Source: a virus
Strand: one strand, 5' to 3'
Virus record (IMG/VR): IMGVR_UViG_3300040807_001288
Location: 1-64,000 of that record
Length of the DNA: 64,000 bases
In this document: positions 18,257 through 28,190 of the stretch, piece by piece
How the letters are laid out: each line of letters begins with the position of its first letter
Position numbering within the stretch: the stretch's first letter is position 1
Position numbers and translations under genes: made by a program
Notes under the pieces: generated by a model
What the model saw: only the letters and a program-made list of their open reading frames with translations
What the model was told of the DNA's origin: nothing
Databases searched by the model: none

Positions 18257-19000
18257 ATGCTGAACAATCAAGTAAATGATCCTGCCAAGCAGGAGGTCAT
18301 CGAAGACCTTTTAAAAGATCTTCCTTCAGATACCGCTATAGAGTTGGAGCTTCCCTCAGAAAACAGAGTGTACGCTTTGGAAGATCCAGGGGCACCTATA
18401 ACCCTAAGGCCCATGACCTTCGAGGATGAAAAAGCTTTAGTGAGTGCTAAGAAGACTGAGGATCCCGTCAACATGATTTTACAGAGGTGTGCCACTAATG
18501 TAAAAATTCCAGACCTCCTCTCAATGGATAAGCTCTACATGATCATGAAGCTTAGAGAAATCTCCTACGGAGATGACTACAACACTCTGCTAGTCTGCAC
18601 TCATTGCAAGGCGGAAAACCCTACAACGGTAAAGCTCTCCACGCTCAACATAAATCCAGTTCCTGACGATTTTGCAGACCCAGTAACTGTCATGTTGCCC
18701 ACTTTGAAGAAGGAAGCAAAGGTGAGATTGCCTAGAGTTAGAGATGAGCGAATGATGTCGGATACCGAGACTGCTTTAGATCAGCTATGGAGATTCGTGG
18801 TCGAGATCGCTGGTCATACTGACAAGTCCATCATTGCCCCTGTAATAGACAAGCTGCCCCTAAAGGATGTCAGAACTATCCTAAACGCTATTAAGAGCGA
18901 CTACGGCGTTGATACTAAGGTCAAGTTCCAGTGCAACGAATGCGGAGGGGTGTCTATTGTAGACCTACCAATAGATGCAAATTTTTTCGATGTGAACTAG
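18257..19000 (+). CDS. baseplate hub / tail assembly chaperone (T4 gp26/gp51-like, two CxxC)
   Basis: LPS, LRPMTFEDEK, D..Y....LREISYG, CTHC and CNEC; ends NFF as is typical of this family. Confidence 0.8.
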   Translation: MLNNQVNDPAKQEVIEDLLKDLPSDTAIELELPSENRVYALEDPGAPITLRPMTFEDEKALVSAKKTEDPVNMILQRCATNVKIPDLLSMDKLYMIMKLREISYGDDYNTLLVCTHCKAENPTTVKLSTLNINPVPDDFADPVTVMLPTLKKEAKVRLPRVRDERMMSDTETALDQLWRFVVEIAGHTDKSIIAPVIDKLPLKDVRTILNAIKSDYGVDTKVKFQCNECGGVSIVDLPIDANFFDVN

Positions 19001-19179
19001 AAGAAGTAATTGATGTAGACAATCTTCTTCTAGAAGCCTATATACTTGTAAAACGAGCTAGGTTCACTTATGCGGATGTAAAGGGTATGACTCGCATGGA
19101 GAGGACCATATTCATAAAACTTCTTAAAGAGGACTTGGAGAGAGAAAGCGATGCAATTAAACGGAACTCAGGTAGTTGA
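18982..19179 (+). CDS. -1 frame extension of the chaperone via slippery T TTT TTC (G/GT-type product)
   Basis: Heptamer at 18982-18988, four codons before the TAG; the -1 frame is open to 19179 with no convincing independent start. Confidence 0.65.
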   Translation, partial: FFRCELEEVIDVDNLLLEAYILVKRARFTYADVKGMTRMERTIFIKLLKEDLERESDAIKRNSGS

Positions 19180-20104
19180 TAGGCATAACAGACCCACTGT
19201 GATTCAGAAGGTCGCCCTGAGGGCGTTCTTCATCAATGATGGTCAGTATTACGACCCTTATGACATTAGTGGTGTAACTATTTTTCAAAAGGCTTCTAAC
19301 TTTACGCCGAGTAGCCTTCTAGCAACTGATAACGTACTAGTTTCTAGTATACCTGGGGACATCATCCAGATGCACTTCACTCCGTCAGGGAACGATGGAG
19401 GTACTCCTGCTCAGGATCCTAGTGGCTATAACCCAGGGACTGACATTAGATCAACCAGCGGTGTCTATCGAGTACAACAAGGGGAGTATATGGTCGTTCT
19501 TGATGGGACTCAAGACACCTCAGGAATCTATAACTTCTATGGATCCTCGCTAGTTGTGGAAAATGCGGCGAGCGCGGTAAACGATTACATCGACTGCTGG
19601 ACCATCAAATTTGCAGAAGGCTCAGACTATCAGACATTAATCAGTGATTTCCATCTGTACGATGACACGTTCTTCACGATAACTCAGCCACTACTTCTCA
19701 AGACAAGGAACAAGTTACTGAACAAACATGTTACCCTAAGTTCTATAGAGAACATGACCGTCACCACTGAGATCACTATTCAAAACAAAGACATAGATAG
19801 CAGCGTGAAGAACATTTTTAAGGACTCCGCTATCACTAGTGCAATGATGCAAATAGAGAAGGTCAACGAGGATTCCACCACACTTCCAGCCACAGTGGTA
19901 GTTTCTAGCTTCGCTGATACTCAGTCCGTTATGGACATAACTTCAGACAATACAATATTATTTAGATTCGACACGACAACCTTGGCAACACATCCCAGAG
20001 TCGCAGACTTTGGAGGACTTACTGGAACTTACAGGGCAACCGTAAAGTATAACCTGCTCAACGAGAGCATCATATCGCCCCCTTACTATTTCACAATAAG
20101 CTAA
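19151..20104 (+). CDS. hypothetical beta-rich virion protein
   Basis: 317-aa ORF in the late orientation. Confidence 0.5.
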   Translation: MQLNGTQVVDRHNRPTVIQKVALRAFFINDGQYYDPYDISGVTIFQKASNFTPSSLLATDNVLVSSIPGDIIQMHFTPSGNDGGTPAQDPSGYNPGTDIRSTSGVYRVQQGEYMVVLDGTQDTSGIYNFYGSSLVVENAASAVNDYIDCWTIKFAEGSDYQTLISDFHLYDDTFFTITQPLLLKTRNKLLNKHVTLSSIENMTVTTEITIQNKDIDSSVKNIFKDSAITSAMMQIEKVNEDSTTLPATVVVSSFADTQSVMDITSDNTILFRFDTTTLATHPRVADFGGLTGTYRATVKYNLLNESIISPPYYFTIS

Positions 20105-21086
20105 CTTCGTTAAACATTTTATATTCAAAATTGTACAGTGAGCTTTCCTGATCAATCCAGTCGGGGAGGCTCACTCCCTTTATATGGCACTCGTTCCAAT
20201 CCTTGTAGGGATCGGGAGGTGAGCAGACATAAAACTCATCCATAAGGCGTTCCCTTCGCAGCCTGTCAAAAGCTTCGCAGCCACGCTCCCCCGCTGCATC
20301 ATTATCAAACCCTAGAATGATCCTTCCCTGAAATGTGGATAGAATATCCGCCTGTCTTGGGCTGATGATATTCTTCATGGTAGCTGTTGCATTTACGCCC
20401 TGAAGCTGAAGAGACTTAGCATCTAGAGGTCCTTCGCAGACGACAACATAGTCAGCCTCCTCATCGTAAGGGTACAGCACATCTGATGACGGAGGCGCAA
20501 TCTCGATGGACGGGTTTAGATACTTAGGCTGCTGATCTCCAAGAGCCCTGCCCTGAAAGTAATAAACAACACCATCCTTCTCAAAAGGGATGATGATTCG
20601 ATTAGCGAACTTACCCTCAACACACAGGTAGTATTCAGCCTCTGGGTAGCCTTCATCCTCAGTCAGTAGATGCCTATCCCAAAGCTGCTTCCACGCATTC
20701 AGTAGCTTAGGGTCATCAGAGTAACCTGTCTCAATATTGATAGGAAGTAGCTTGCTGGTGTCTAGCTCAAGCTGCTGAACCTTTTTAAACTCTTGAGGCG
20801 GTTCCTGTCCAAGGAACTCAAAGTTCTTAATCATCAGGTCACGTTGGGCGCGAAAGTACGGAAGCTCCTCCACCTCTGAGTACAGGCGCGTGAAGTTACC
20901 TGTCCTTCCTGTCTTGAAGCACTGCCACAGCCCACTAACTATATTGACGCTCATGTGCTTCTTCCAATCATTCTTCACAAAGACAGACTCCATGATGAAT
21001 TCTTCCCCATTAGAAGATAAGCGGCCTTTATCTCCAAAGTTCCTGGTGATATACTCTTTAATAAATTGAGGTGCTATGATGTACAT
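20091..21086 (-). CDS. dnaG: DnaG-like DNA primase
   Basis: RIIIPF, YFQGR, PKYLN, TOPRIM VCEGPLDA and LGFDND.AG, KDWNE. Confidence 0.85.
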   Translation of the reverse strand: MYIIAPQFIKEYITRNFGDKGRLSSNGEEFIMESVFVKNDWKKHMSVNIVSGLWQCFKTGRTGNFTRLYSEVEELPYFRAQRDLMIKNFEFLGQEPPQEFKKVQQLELDTSKLLPINIETGYSDDPKLLNAWKQLWDRHLLTEDEGYPEAEYYLCVEGKFANRIIIPFEKDGVVYYFQGRALGDQQPKYLNPSIEIAPPSSDVLYPYDEEADYVVVCEGPLDAKSLQLQGVNATATMKNIISPRQADILSTFQGRIILGFDNDAAGERGCEAFDRLRRERLMDEFYVCSPPDPYKDWNECHIKGVSLPDWIDQESSLYNFEYKMFNEVSLL

Positions 21087-21861
21087 AAAAACTATTTCCG
21101 AATCTAAATACCAGACGTTTAAGCAGTGTAAGCTGAAGTATCGTTATCGCTATGTTGACCGACTCCCCGAACCCGAAGAATCGAATACTGAGGCTCTACA
21201 CTTCGGATCCTATATCCACAAGATCCTTGAGGACGGAGTAAACTGCACCACAGAGGGTGAGCTAGTTCAGATCGCTGAAGAGGTGAAGGGCACATACAAG
21301 ATATCAGAGAAGTACAACGGCAAGGATTTAAAATGCATTCAAAATTTTCTAGACTTCAACTCCAACCTTTCAGGAACAATAGCAACAGAGCTTGTATTTG
21401 AGGTTCCCGTAAAAGACGATATCACACTAAACGGAATCATCGACCGTGTGATCAAGGGTAAGGATGGTGGATTCCTCATCATTGACTATAAGACTTCAAA
21501 AAGAGAGAAGACCAAAGTGGACCTATACCAGGACACTCAGTTGAAGGGATACGTCTACGCGATTAGTAAGCTGTACGATGTTCCTATTAAGAACATTGTG
21601 GCGGCTCATTACTACCCTCTGACGAATAACTTTGTCCACGTTACCTACTCGGTTCCTCAGATCACGGCTCATGCGAGAAAGATTGTCGATGAGGTCTGGA
21701 AGATTCGTAAGAGCAAGAAGGACGATATGAGGCCCAGCAGAAATGATTTCTGTAACTGGTGTGCCTACAAGACTGCCTGTCCTGAGTTCTGTACCATGCA
21801 TGAAGTGCAGAACAAGATAGAAGAGCTAAAGTCTAAAAAGAAACCTAGGAAGAAATCCTAG
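21076..21861 (+). CDS. PD-(D/E)XK RecB/Cas4-like nuclease with four-Cys cluster
   Basis: S.S....F.QC, GSYIH, GIIDR, IIDYKT, QL..Y, CNWC.YK..C. Confidence 0.9.
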   Translation: MMYIKTISESKYQTFKQCKLKYRYRYVDRLPEPEESNTEALHFGSYIHKILEDGVNCTTEGELVQIAEEVKGTYKISEKYNGKDLKCIQNFLDFNSNLSGTIATELVFEVPVKDDITLNGIIDRVIKGKDGGFLIIDYKTSKREKTKVDLYQDTQLKGYVYAISKLYDVPIKNIVAAHYYPLTNNFVHVTYSVPQITAHARKIVDEVWKIRKSKKDDMRPSRNDFCNWCAYKTACPEFCTMHEVQNKIEELKSKKKPRKKS

Positions 21862-22144
21862 GATACGTTCCGTGAATGAACGGAGCATAGATATCTATTT
21901 GTATAGAGACAAAGAAGTTATGTACCTGCTCTGGTGAGTATTTGCATTTCTTGGTTAGATAGTTAAACAGCATCTCCAGCTTAATAGGCTTCTGCTTGTT
22001 CATTGCATCCAGAACCTTGAACTGGAAATGCTTGATGAACTTTTCGCTGTACTTGTGCCGCCATTTCTCCACAAAGGAGTAACTTAAAGTATCATTTATT
22101 AAATCAAGAAAATCAATAATCTCTATATCTAGGTTATAACTCAT
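21845..22144 (-). CDS. hypothetical protein (99 aa)
   Basis: Fills the gap; starts at the AT-rich tract. Confidence 0.65.
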   Translation of the reverse strand: MSYNLDIEIIDFLDLINDTLSYSFVEKWRHKYSEKFIKHFQFKVLDAMNKQKPIKLEMLFNYLTKKCKYSPEQVHNFFVSIQIDIYAPFIHGTYPRISS

Positions 22145-22220
22145 TTAAATAGTAAATATATAATACATATTATTTAATTTAGTATATTATTTAATATATA
22201 TTAGTTAATATATAATAAGA
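22145..22220. other. extremely AT-rich intergenic tract (5 G/C in 76 bp)
   Basis: Counted directly; contains repeated AATATATA. Confidence 0.85.
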
Positions 22221-22224
22221 AGCG

Positions 22225-22611
22225 ATGGGACAATTTTCAAAAGGAATTCAGAATTTTTTAGCTCAAGTCGGAGCAGACGAGAACAGAAGTGTGTCTAAGG
22301 TTCCTAAGAGCGACTCTTGTGCAAAGGTTGGTGAAGTCGTGTTCTTCAGGTACAAGTTAGGAACAGGTAAGGGCAGCAGATCATTCAGGATAGTTCTAAT
22401 GACAGAGCCTATCACCAGAGACGCTAAAACGGGTAACAAATTGTTAACTGGATTCAAGGTTCCTGAGGATGGTGAATATACCCCAGATTCTTTAGAAACT
22501 CTATATAACAATAAAGAACTTCCTGAGCCAGAGTTCAGAACATACATAATGTCTAATATTTTTGGATCTCTGTATAAGGTAGTTAAATTAGACTCCAAGG
22601 ATCAAGAATAA
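22225..22611 (+). CDS. hypothetical protein, weak resemblance to the T4 gp2 DNA end-protector pattern
   Basis: GEVVFFRY...LLTGF...FRTYIMSNI; resemblance only. Confidence 0.35.
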   Translation: MGQFSKGIQNFLAQVGADENRSVSKVPKSDSCAKVGEVVFFRYKLGTGKGSRSFRIVLMTEPITRDAKTGNKLLTGFKVPEDGEYTPDSLETLYNNKELPEPEFRTYIMSNIFGSLYKVVKLDSKDQE

Positions 22612-24395
22612 TGGTATTAACTGATGTTGCAATAGGTGGGCTAACCAAGGCTATGGATACGCTCACCAGCCAGCTTAGGGAGGCTATGGGCTTTGCAGAA
22701 AATGCTCAGAGAGCGTCATTAGCTCTAGGTACGACCTTTGAAAGCACCAACTCACAACTTGGTGGGACCATGGAGGGTCTTCGTGGAGATATTACGCAAA
22801 AGTTTGGAGCAGCTATTGCGGGGATGGAAGCGGGTTTACAAGGTAATACTGCTGGCGTAGCCAAGTTAATAAACCAGCAGCAACTTACTAATACTAACTC
22901 GGCTAAGACTGCGGCTGCTTTTGCGGGCCTAGAGGCGTCTCTAGGAACCTCCAGACAACAGACCAATGAGCTTTCAGAAAGCTTAATTCAGACAGGCGCT
23001 GAGTACCAGATAAGCACAGACAAGCTGGTAGACGCCATAGATGCCCTAAAATCTACGTTCCCAGCACAGGCGTTAGCTGGAATGGGTGATAAGGTTATGG
23101 GAGCCGTGACGATGCTACAGGGGGAGCTAGGCCCTCAGTTGGCAGGACCTCTAAACAACGTCATGAAGATGGTTATGGATACAAGCATGGAAGGCTACGA
23201 AAGGTTGACCAAGCTTGGAATCTCGGATGTTAGAGAAAGATTAGCCGCAGCAAAGGACGCTGCTGACGCACAACAAATACTTAAGGATGCTTTTGTCACT
23301 GCTTCGGATAGGTTTAAAAGCGTGGCAGGTGACGCCAGCGATGGATTCTTCAAAATAGGGGTTGCATCTGAGATCTTTGGAGAGCAGACGATTCAACTAA
23401 CCACCGTAGCAGACAATTTAGGGAAGAGAGTAAAGCAAGAGATAGATGATTCCGTTGATTTTGGGAATACACTAGCAAACTTAAAAAATGAGATTCTAAC
23501 ACCCTTAACGGAGGCTCTAGCTAAGTTTTATCCAATTATATTGAAGTCTTTTGACGCCTTGTCTTTAGTTGCTAGACGGGTGGTAGAAAGGTTTTCAGTC
23601 TTTCTTGAAGGCACTCTACCCAAAGCGGATAAAGTGTTTCAGATGGTTACCTTAAAGCTAGTTGAATTTGCTATCACAGGACTGAACGCTTTTGATAAAT
23701 TAAGAAAGCGAGTGCTGTTGGTAGTTGAAGATGTTTGGCCTAAACTTACAGAGTCCTTGATGTCTGCCAAAGAGGCTTTTCATTATGCAATAATTATTCC
23801 ACTAGAACTAGTTAAGATAACTTTTACTTCTTTTGTGAATGGTTTAGATACAGCGTATGGAGCAGTCCTTCTTTTGATAAAAGGATTCTACATCGCAACA
23901 GAAAAACTGACATTTGGAGCCCTCACTTTTACGGATGAGATGGACTTCGTTAATGATCAGTTAGAGGGGGTCGGACAAAGAATGCTCGACCGTGCAGAAG
24001 ATGTGAAAAAAAGTATTTCCACCATAACGCAGGACCCTGCTGAATCGGCAAGACAATTTTCTGAAAAACTTAGAGAGATAAATGAGGATCCTAATTTACT
24101 TGGCAATAAGTATCTTTCTGATATTAAGGATAGCTTGTTAAAAGGAGAGGAGCTACAAAGAAAAACCAGTAAGAGCGTAGCTAGTGTAGATGAAAAAACT
24201 CCAGAGCCTGAGACTAAATCAGCTTTTGTCGATGAGTCCACGATAATCCTCAGCCAAGCCCTAGAGACTATGTTAGGTGTGGGTCAGAATACGACTGCTG
24301 AGGAGATGTTAGAGGAGCTTAGAGTTGCTAATATGCAGCGAGCACAACAGGAAACAGGCGGGGCACTGGCTTACCAAAGAGGAGGGTTAGACTAA
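22611..24395 (+). CDS. tape measure protein
   Basis: 594-aa Ala/Gly/Leu-rich helical protein immediately before the tube-initiator and baseplate genes; length close to T4 gp29. Confidence 0.7.
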   Translation: MVLTDVAIGGLTKAMDTLTSQLREAMGFAENAQRASLALGTTFESTNSQLGGTMEGLRGDITQKFGAAIAGMEAGLQGNTAGVAKLINQQQLTNTNSAKTAAAFAGLEASLGTSRQQTNELSESLIQTGAEYQISTDKLVDAIDALKSTFPAQALAGMGDKVMGAVTMLQGELGPQLAGPLNNVMKMVMDTSMEGYERLTKLGISDVRERLAAAKDAADAQQILKDAFVTASDRFKSVAGDASDGFFKIGVASEIFGEQTIQLTTVADNLGKRVKQEIDDSVDFGNTLANLKNEILTPLTEALAKFYPIILKSFDALSLVARRVVERFSVFLEGTLPKADKVFQMVTLKLVEFAITGLNAFDKLRKRVLLVVEDVWPKLTESLMSAKEAFHYAIIIPLELVKITFTSFVNGLDTAYGAVLLLIKGFYIATEKLTFGALTFTDEMDFVNDQLEGVGQRMLDRAEDVKKSISTITQDPAESARQFSEKLREINEDPNLLGNKYLSDIKDSLLKGEELQRKTSKSVASVDEKTPEPETKSAFVDESTIILSQALETMLGVGQNTTAEEMLEELRVANMQRAQQETGGALAYQRGGLD

Positions 24396-25390
24396 TGACA
24401 AACAGACACATTGTAGACAGGGCGCTTCCAGAGAGGACTAATCTAAAGTTCTATTTTCCCATGCCTTCCCCAGGAGGTGACTACTATGTCGTTGAGCTAC
24501 CCTTCTTTGAGAACGTAGCAATAAGTGAAAATAAGAAAGCTAGGTATCATAAGTATTCTCTAATATCCAGATCGAGTAATCTTTATAGCTACTTGGGTGC
24601 GGACTCTAGAACTCTAAATGTTCAATTTAGCTTAACTCTACCTCACCTTCTAGAGGAGCACCCAGAGATAAATCTAGATAAGTACGTTAGTTATCAGATG
24701 GACAAAGATAACATGGATCTAGAAAGAAAAAAGTTCACTGAACCCTACAAAACACAATCAGTACCGGATGGTATGGCCTTTAAGTTGGGAACAGAATACA
24801 CTAAGGAATTAGCTCAGGACTCAGCCAACCAAGTTCTCATCAGCTTAGAGTCTACTCTGTCTGGAATGTTCAACCCTGACGAGAAGGCTTACCTAGGTGC
24901 AAGGTATGGTCTTCAAGACAAGGCTTTACAGCAGAACATAGATTCCCTGACACAGCAGAATTTTTTTACAAAGCTCGCCGCTCAAACTGTTTCCAATCAA
25001 CAGTTTATAGAAAACAACGAAGCGAATCAACTGAAATATAGAATAATAGATCTGATTATTTACTGGACAAATATAATCAGGTCTAGCGTGGTGAATTATT
25101 CCAAGAATCCAATATACGGTCCTCCCGTAATTAGACTAAATCACGGCATACTGTATCAGGACATTCCGTGCATCTGCACTGACTACTCCATACAGTACGA
25201 GGAGCAAGCAGGATATGACATGGACACTTTGCTACCTAGAAAGATAAAAGTATCTCTGAAGCTTGAGGAGATGCGTACTGGAGACTTTGGTGAGTTTGAG
25301 CCAAAAGGCAATCCCATAAAAAGAGACAACCTAGCTGGATGGGAAGCGGTTGTTCTTGGAGAGACTAACAGCATGGACCCAGGATACTGA
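24395..25390 (+). CDS. baseplate tail-tube initiator (gp48/gp54-like)
   Basis: GPPVIRLNHG..Y..IPCICTDYSI...LPRKIKVSLKLEE tube-fold motif. Confidence 0.7.
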   Translation: MTNRHIVDRALPERTNLKFYFPMPSPGGDYYVVELPFFENVAISENKKARYHKYSLISRSSNLYSYLGADSRTLNVQFSLTLPHLLEEHPEINLDKYVSYQMDKDNMDLERKKFTEPYKTQSVPDGMAFKLGTEYTKELAQDSANQVLISLESTLSGMFNPDEKAYLGARYGLQDKALQQNIDSLTQQNFFTKLAAQTVSNQQFIENNEANQLKYRIIDLIIYWTNIIRSSVVNYSKNPIYGPPVIRLNHGILYQDIPCICTDYSIQYEEQAGYDMDTLLPRKIKVSLKLEEMRTGDFGEFEPKGNPIKRDNLAGWEAVVLGETNSMDPGY

Positions 25391-25391
25391 T

Positions 25392-25694
25392 ATGGCTAAC
25401 ACAGACAAAGGACCCTACAGCCTAGACGAGCTAAGGGTGGCACACAGACAGGTAACTACTAACACTATAGTAAACACCTCTCGTTTTGATTCTATGTTGG
25501 AAGATTTGGATAATGCTTTTGATTACGAAGTGGGGTATGTTCCCGCTGGGTATGAGCACCGTCCAGACTTAATCTCTAATGTATTTTACGGAACTCCAAA
25601 AAATTGGTGGCTTTTGATGTTGGTTAATAACATTGACGATCCTTTCGAGGGCTTTAATACTCAGGATAGAATACTTATTCCCAAAATCAAATGA
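25392..25694 (+). CDS. baseplate wedge gp53/LysM-like protein
   Basis: RPDLISNVFYGTPKNWWLLMLVNNIDDPF...ILIP. Confidence 0.85.
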   Translation: MANTDKGPYSLDELRVAHRQVTTNTIVNTSRFDSMLEDLDNAFDYEVGYVPAGYEHRPDLISNVFYGTPKNWWLLMLVNNIDDPFEGFNTQDRILIPKIK

Positions 25695-28189
25695 AGATCC
25701 CAACAGCAAACGTACTGGTGGCTTTTGATAAGGCTGTCATGGAGAGGCTATTCTCAGCAGGAGCTACTTACAAAAGTTTAGTAGCCAGCCTAGCTGATGG
25801 AGAAGAGAATGCTTTGCTGTTTGATAATGTAGCTAACCCAAATTTTATTTCTTTCGAACATACTCTTGGAGCAGGAAGCTCCATGAAGATGAAGCTATCC
25901 TTCATAGATCCAAAGAAGGAGTTTGAGCGCCGCTTCTTTACAGCAAACCCCTCCAGACTGATCGAAGGTTTTTCTTATACCCCCACGGGAGAATCAAAGG
26001 GATTTACAACTACTAAACCTGATGATGTGAAGCAGAGTCAGTCTGAGTACGAGAAAGAGTACATCTCCGAGTTCACCGAGCAGCTATCCAAGAACATAGG
26101 AGAGCGAGTCATTTATGTTGCGTATGGACTGGGTAATAACCTAGATTTGTGGTCGGGGCCTCATAGAACCATTTTAACCAATGCTAATGTTGATGTAAAG
26201 GGTTCTAGAAAGATTTCTTTGGATCTAGTGCCTACCGCACAAGACATTGATATGACTCAAAGAAAGGGCGCTTACAACGAACCAGCGAACATAAACCTTA
26301 TGGGTTTGACCATGCGTTTCGCGGGGGAATCGCAAGAAATAAAATACAAGGAAGTTCCTGGGTATGATCCTACTGAGTATCTTCAATTAGGTGATGGAGC
26401 TAGTGATGTTAGGTACGAAAGAAAAAAACAAAGCAGAGCACTGAGCCAGATTGGATACGAAGACCTTTCTAAGAAGATAGATAAGTACGATTTTCACTGC
26501 ATTGTGGTAGACGCTTTGAGGAGTTACATACAAAAAGCTACAAACAATCCTAATGTTATTGTTCTTCTGCCAAACTTAAATATAATTTGTAGACAGGCTA
26601 TCAATGACGAGGCTAGAAAGTATAAGATCTTAACAGGACAGGAAATTGTAACTTTTGCCCCTCCTGGAGGTAGGCTGTCTAGGATAAAAGATCTTTTCAA
26701 TGCTACTCAAACAAACTTAGGGAGGGAGAAAAATTTCGTTGATTCAACTTTGAAATCTTTTGGCATTAGAGTTCATACGGAGAAAAAAGATATTCCTCTG
26801 AATAGAGAGGTAATACCCTCTTCTGAGATTTCTAAGTTTTCAGAAAATGAACGAGCTAACGATCCTGAACAGGCAGTTGATAAGTTCATAGATAGTAGAG
26901 TTTTTATTGGGGTCATAGATAAGACCGACAAAAAGATTCCAGACCACATGCAAGTTATTAATTCTGTTTTAGATAGAATAAAAAAAATGTGTAAGGGGTC
27001 GTATGTATTCTCTAGAGTTTCTGCGTTCACAGAAACAGACGTTAACATACTTAAAATTTGGAAAGAGTATTCTGACAAAGAATTTTCTTACACGTTTGCT
27101 GGGTATGATACATTTCACCCCGATAGAGAAGCCATCATAGTTGGAGATTCAGCCATGATAAAAGACTATCTATATGCTAATATAGACGTTAAGGCTGTTG
27201 ATAGAAATGCTAAGTCTCTAAGAACTAAATCTAAGCAGTTTGAGAAAGGTAGTGATGAGTATAATAACTTAAGATTCTCGGCTGACATGCAGCACCCGCT
27301 TCACCCACTAGATTTGCCTATATTAACCGCGATAAATTACAGTAAGAGAGTAAAAGAGATAACTCAACCGAACATCAACGCAGACGCAGGGTTTGGAGAT
27401 ATTTCATATATCCCTGATGAGTTTTCTTACAGAGATTCGGAGTTGTCGCCTGATGCGGCCAATCTTGTAAAGGAAAAAAACATCCCTGTGTTCAGATACA
27501 ATACACAGAATCCAAATGTTTTGGACATGAAATTCAAATTCGGAGCAGTGTATTTTGCTGCACTGAAGACTGGATATCAAAAAGAAATATCTAAGCTGGC
27601 TTCCGCAGTAGCTAATGGATCCCTTCCTACAGGCGTAGGAACATTCCCGATCACTACCAGAGAAAGAGCCATCGAGTACCTACGAATGAAACAATATTCT
27701 TCTGGAATGGGAGATGACGAGCAGAAGGAGATCTTAAAAGACTTGGCTGCGAAGTTGTCGCCTACCTTGGTGGAGGATCTAAAGGAGTCCTCCCCAGATC
27801 GTGCAGCAGATGCCTTAGCGGCTGTTATAAAAACCGCAGAGCTAGATAACAAGAAGGGATTGATTCTATTTGATCAACATCTCCCAGGAAATCCTAACGA
27901 CATTATAGCCGATCTATCTGAAAGAATGTTTAGAGATGGCTTGCAGATGAGCATAACTACCCTTCCCACATTTCATTTATCTAAAATAGCTTCTATAAAT
28001 ACTGCTTGTATAGTTTTCGCTCAGGATCAACCTATAACACAAACCCAAATCCCCCGCACAGACCTGCTCAATAAGTTTTTTAGCGGTTTGTATAAGATCA
28101 TAGGGTTTAAGCATGTCATAGATAGCAAATCAGCTACATCGGAGTTTAGATTGGTAAAGAACGCTCCCAAGTATAAAGAGGAAAGTTAA
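25691..28189 (+). CDS. baseplate hub protein (gp27/gpD-like) with large insertions
   Basis: Position between gp53- and gp5-like genes; C-terminal SGLYKIIGFKHVI...SEFRLVK. Confidence 0.65.
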   Translation: MKIPTANVLVAFDKAVMERLFSAGATYKSLVASLADGEENALLFDNVANPNFISFEHTLGAGSSMKMKLSFIDPKKEFERRFFTANPSRLIEGFSYTPTGESKGFTTTKPDDVKQSQSEYEKEYISEFTEQLSKNIGERVIYVAYGLGNNLDLWSGPHRTILTNANVDVKGSRKISLDLVPTAQDIDMTQRKGAYNEPANINLMGLTMRFAGESQEIKYKEVPGYDPTEYLQLGDGASDVRYERKKQSRALSQIGYEDLSKKIDKYDFHCIVVDALRSYIQKATNNPNVIVLLPNLNIICRQAINDEARKYKILTGQEIVTFAPPGGRLSRIKDLFNATQTNLGREKNFVDSTLKSFGIRVHTEKKDIPLNREVIPSSEISKFSENERANDPEQAVDKFIDSRVFIGVIDKTDKKIPDHMQVINSVLDRIKKMCKGSYVFSRVSAFTETDVNILKIWKEYSDKEFSYTFAGYDTFHPDREAIIVGDSAMIKDYLYANIDVKAVDRNAKSLRTKSKQFEKGSDEYNNLRFSADMQHPLHPLDLPILTAINYSKRVKEITQPNINADAGFGDISYIPDEFSYRDSELSPDAANLVKEKNIPVFRYNTQNPNVLDMKFKFGAVYFAALKTGYQKEISKLASAVANGSLPTGVGTFPITTRERAIEYLRMKQYSSGMGDDEQKEILKDLAAKLSPTLVEDLKESSPDRAADALAAVIKTAELDNKKGLILFDQHLPGNPNDIIADLSERMFRDGLQMSITTLPTFHLSKIASINTACIVFAQDQPITQTQIPRTDLLNKFFSGLYKIIGFKHVIDSKSATSEFRLVKNAPKYKEES

Positions 28190-28190
28190 G

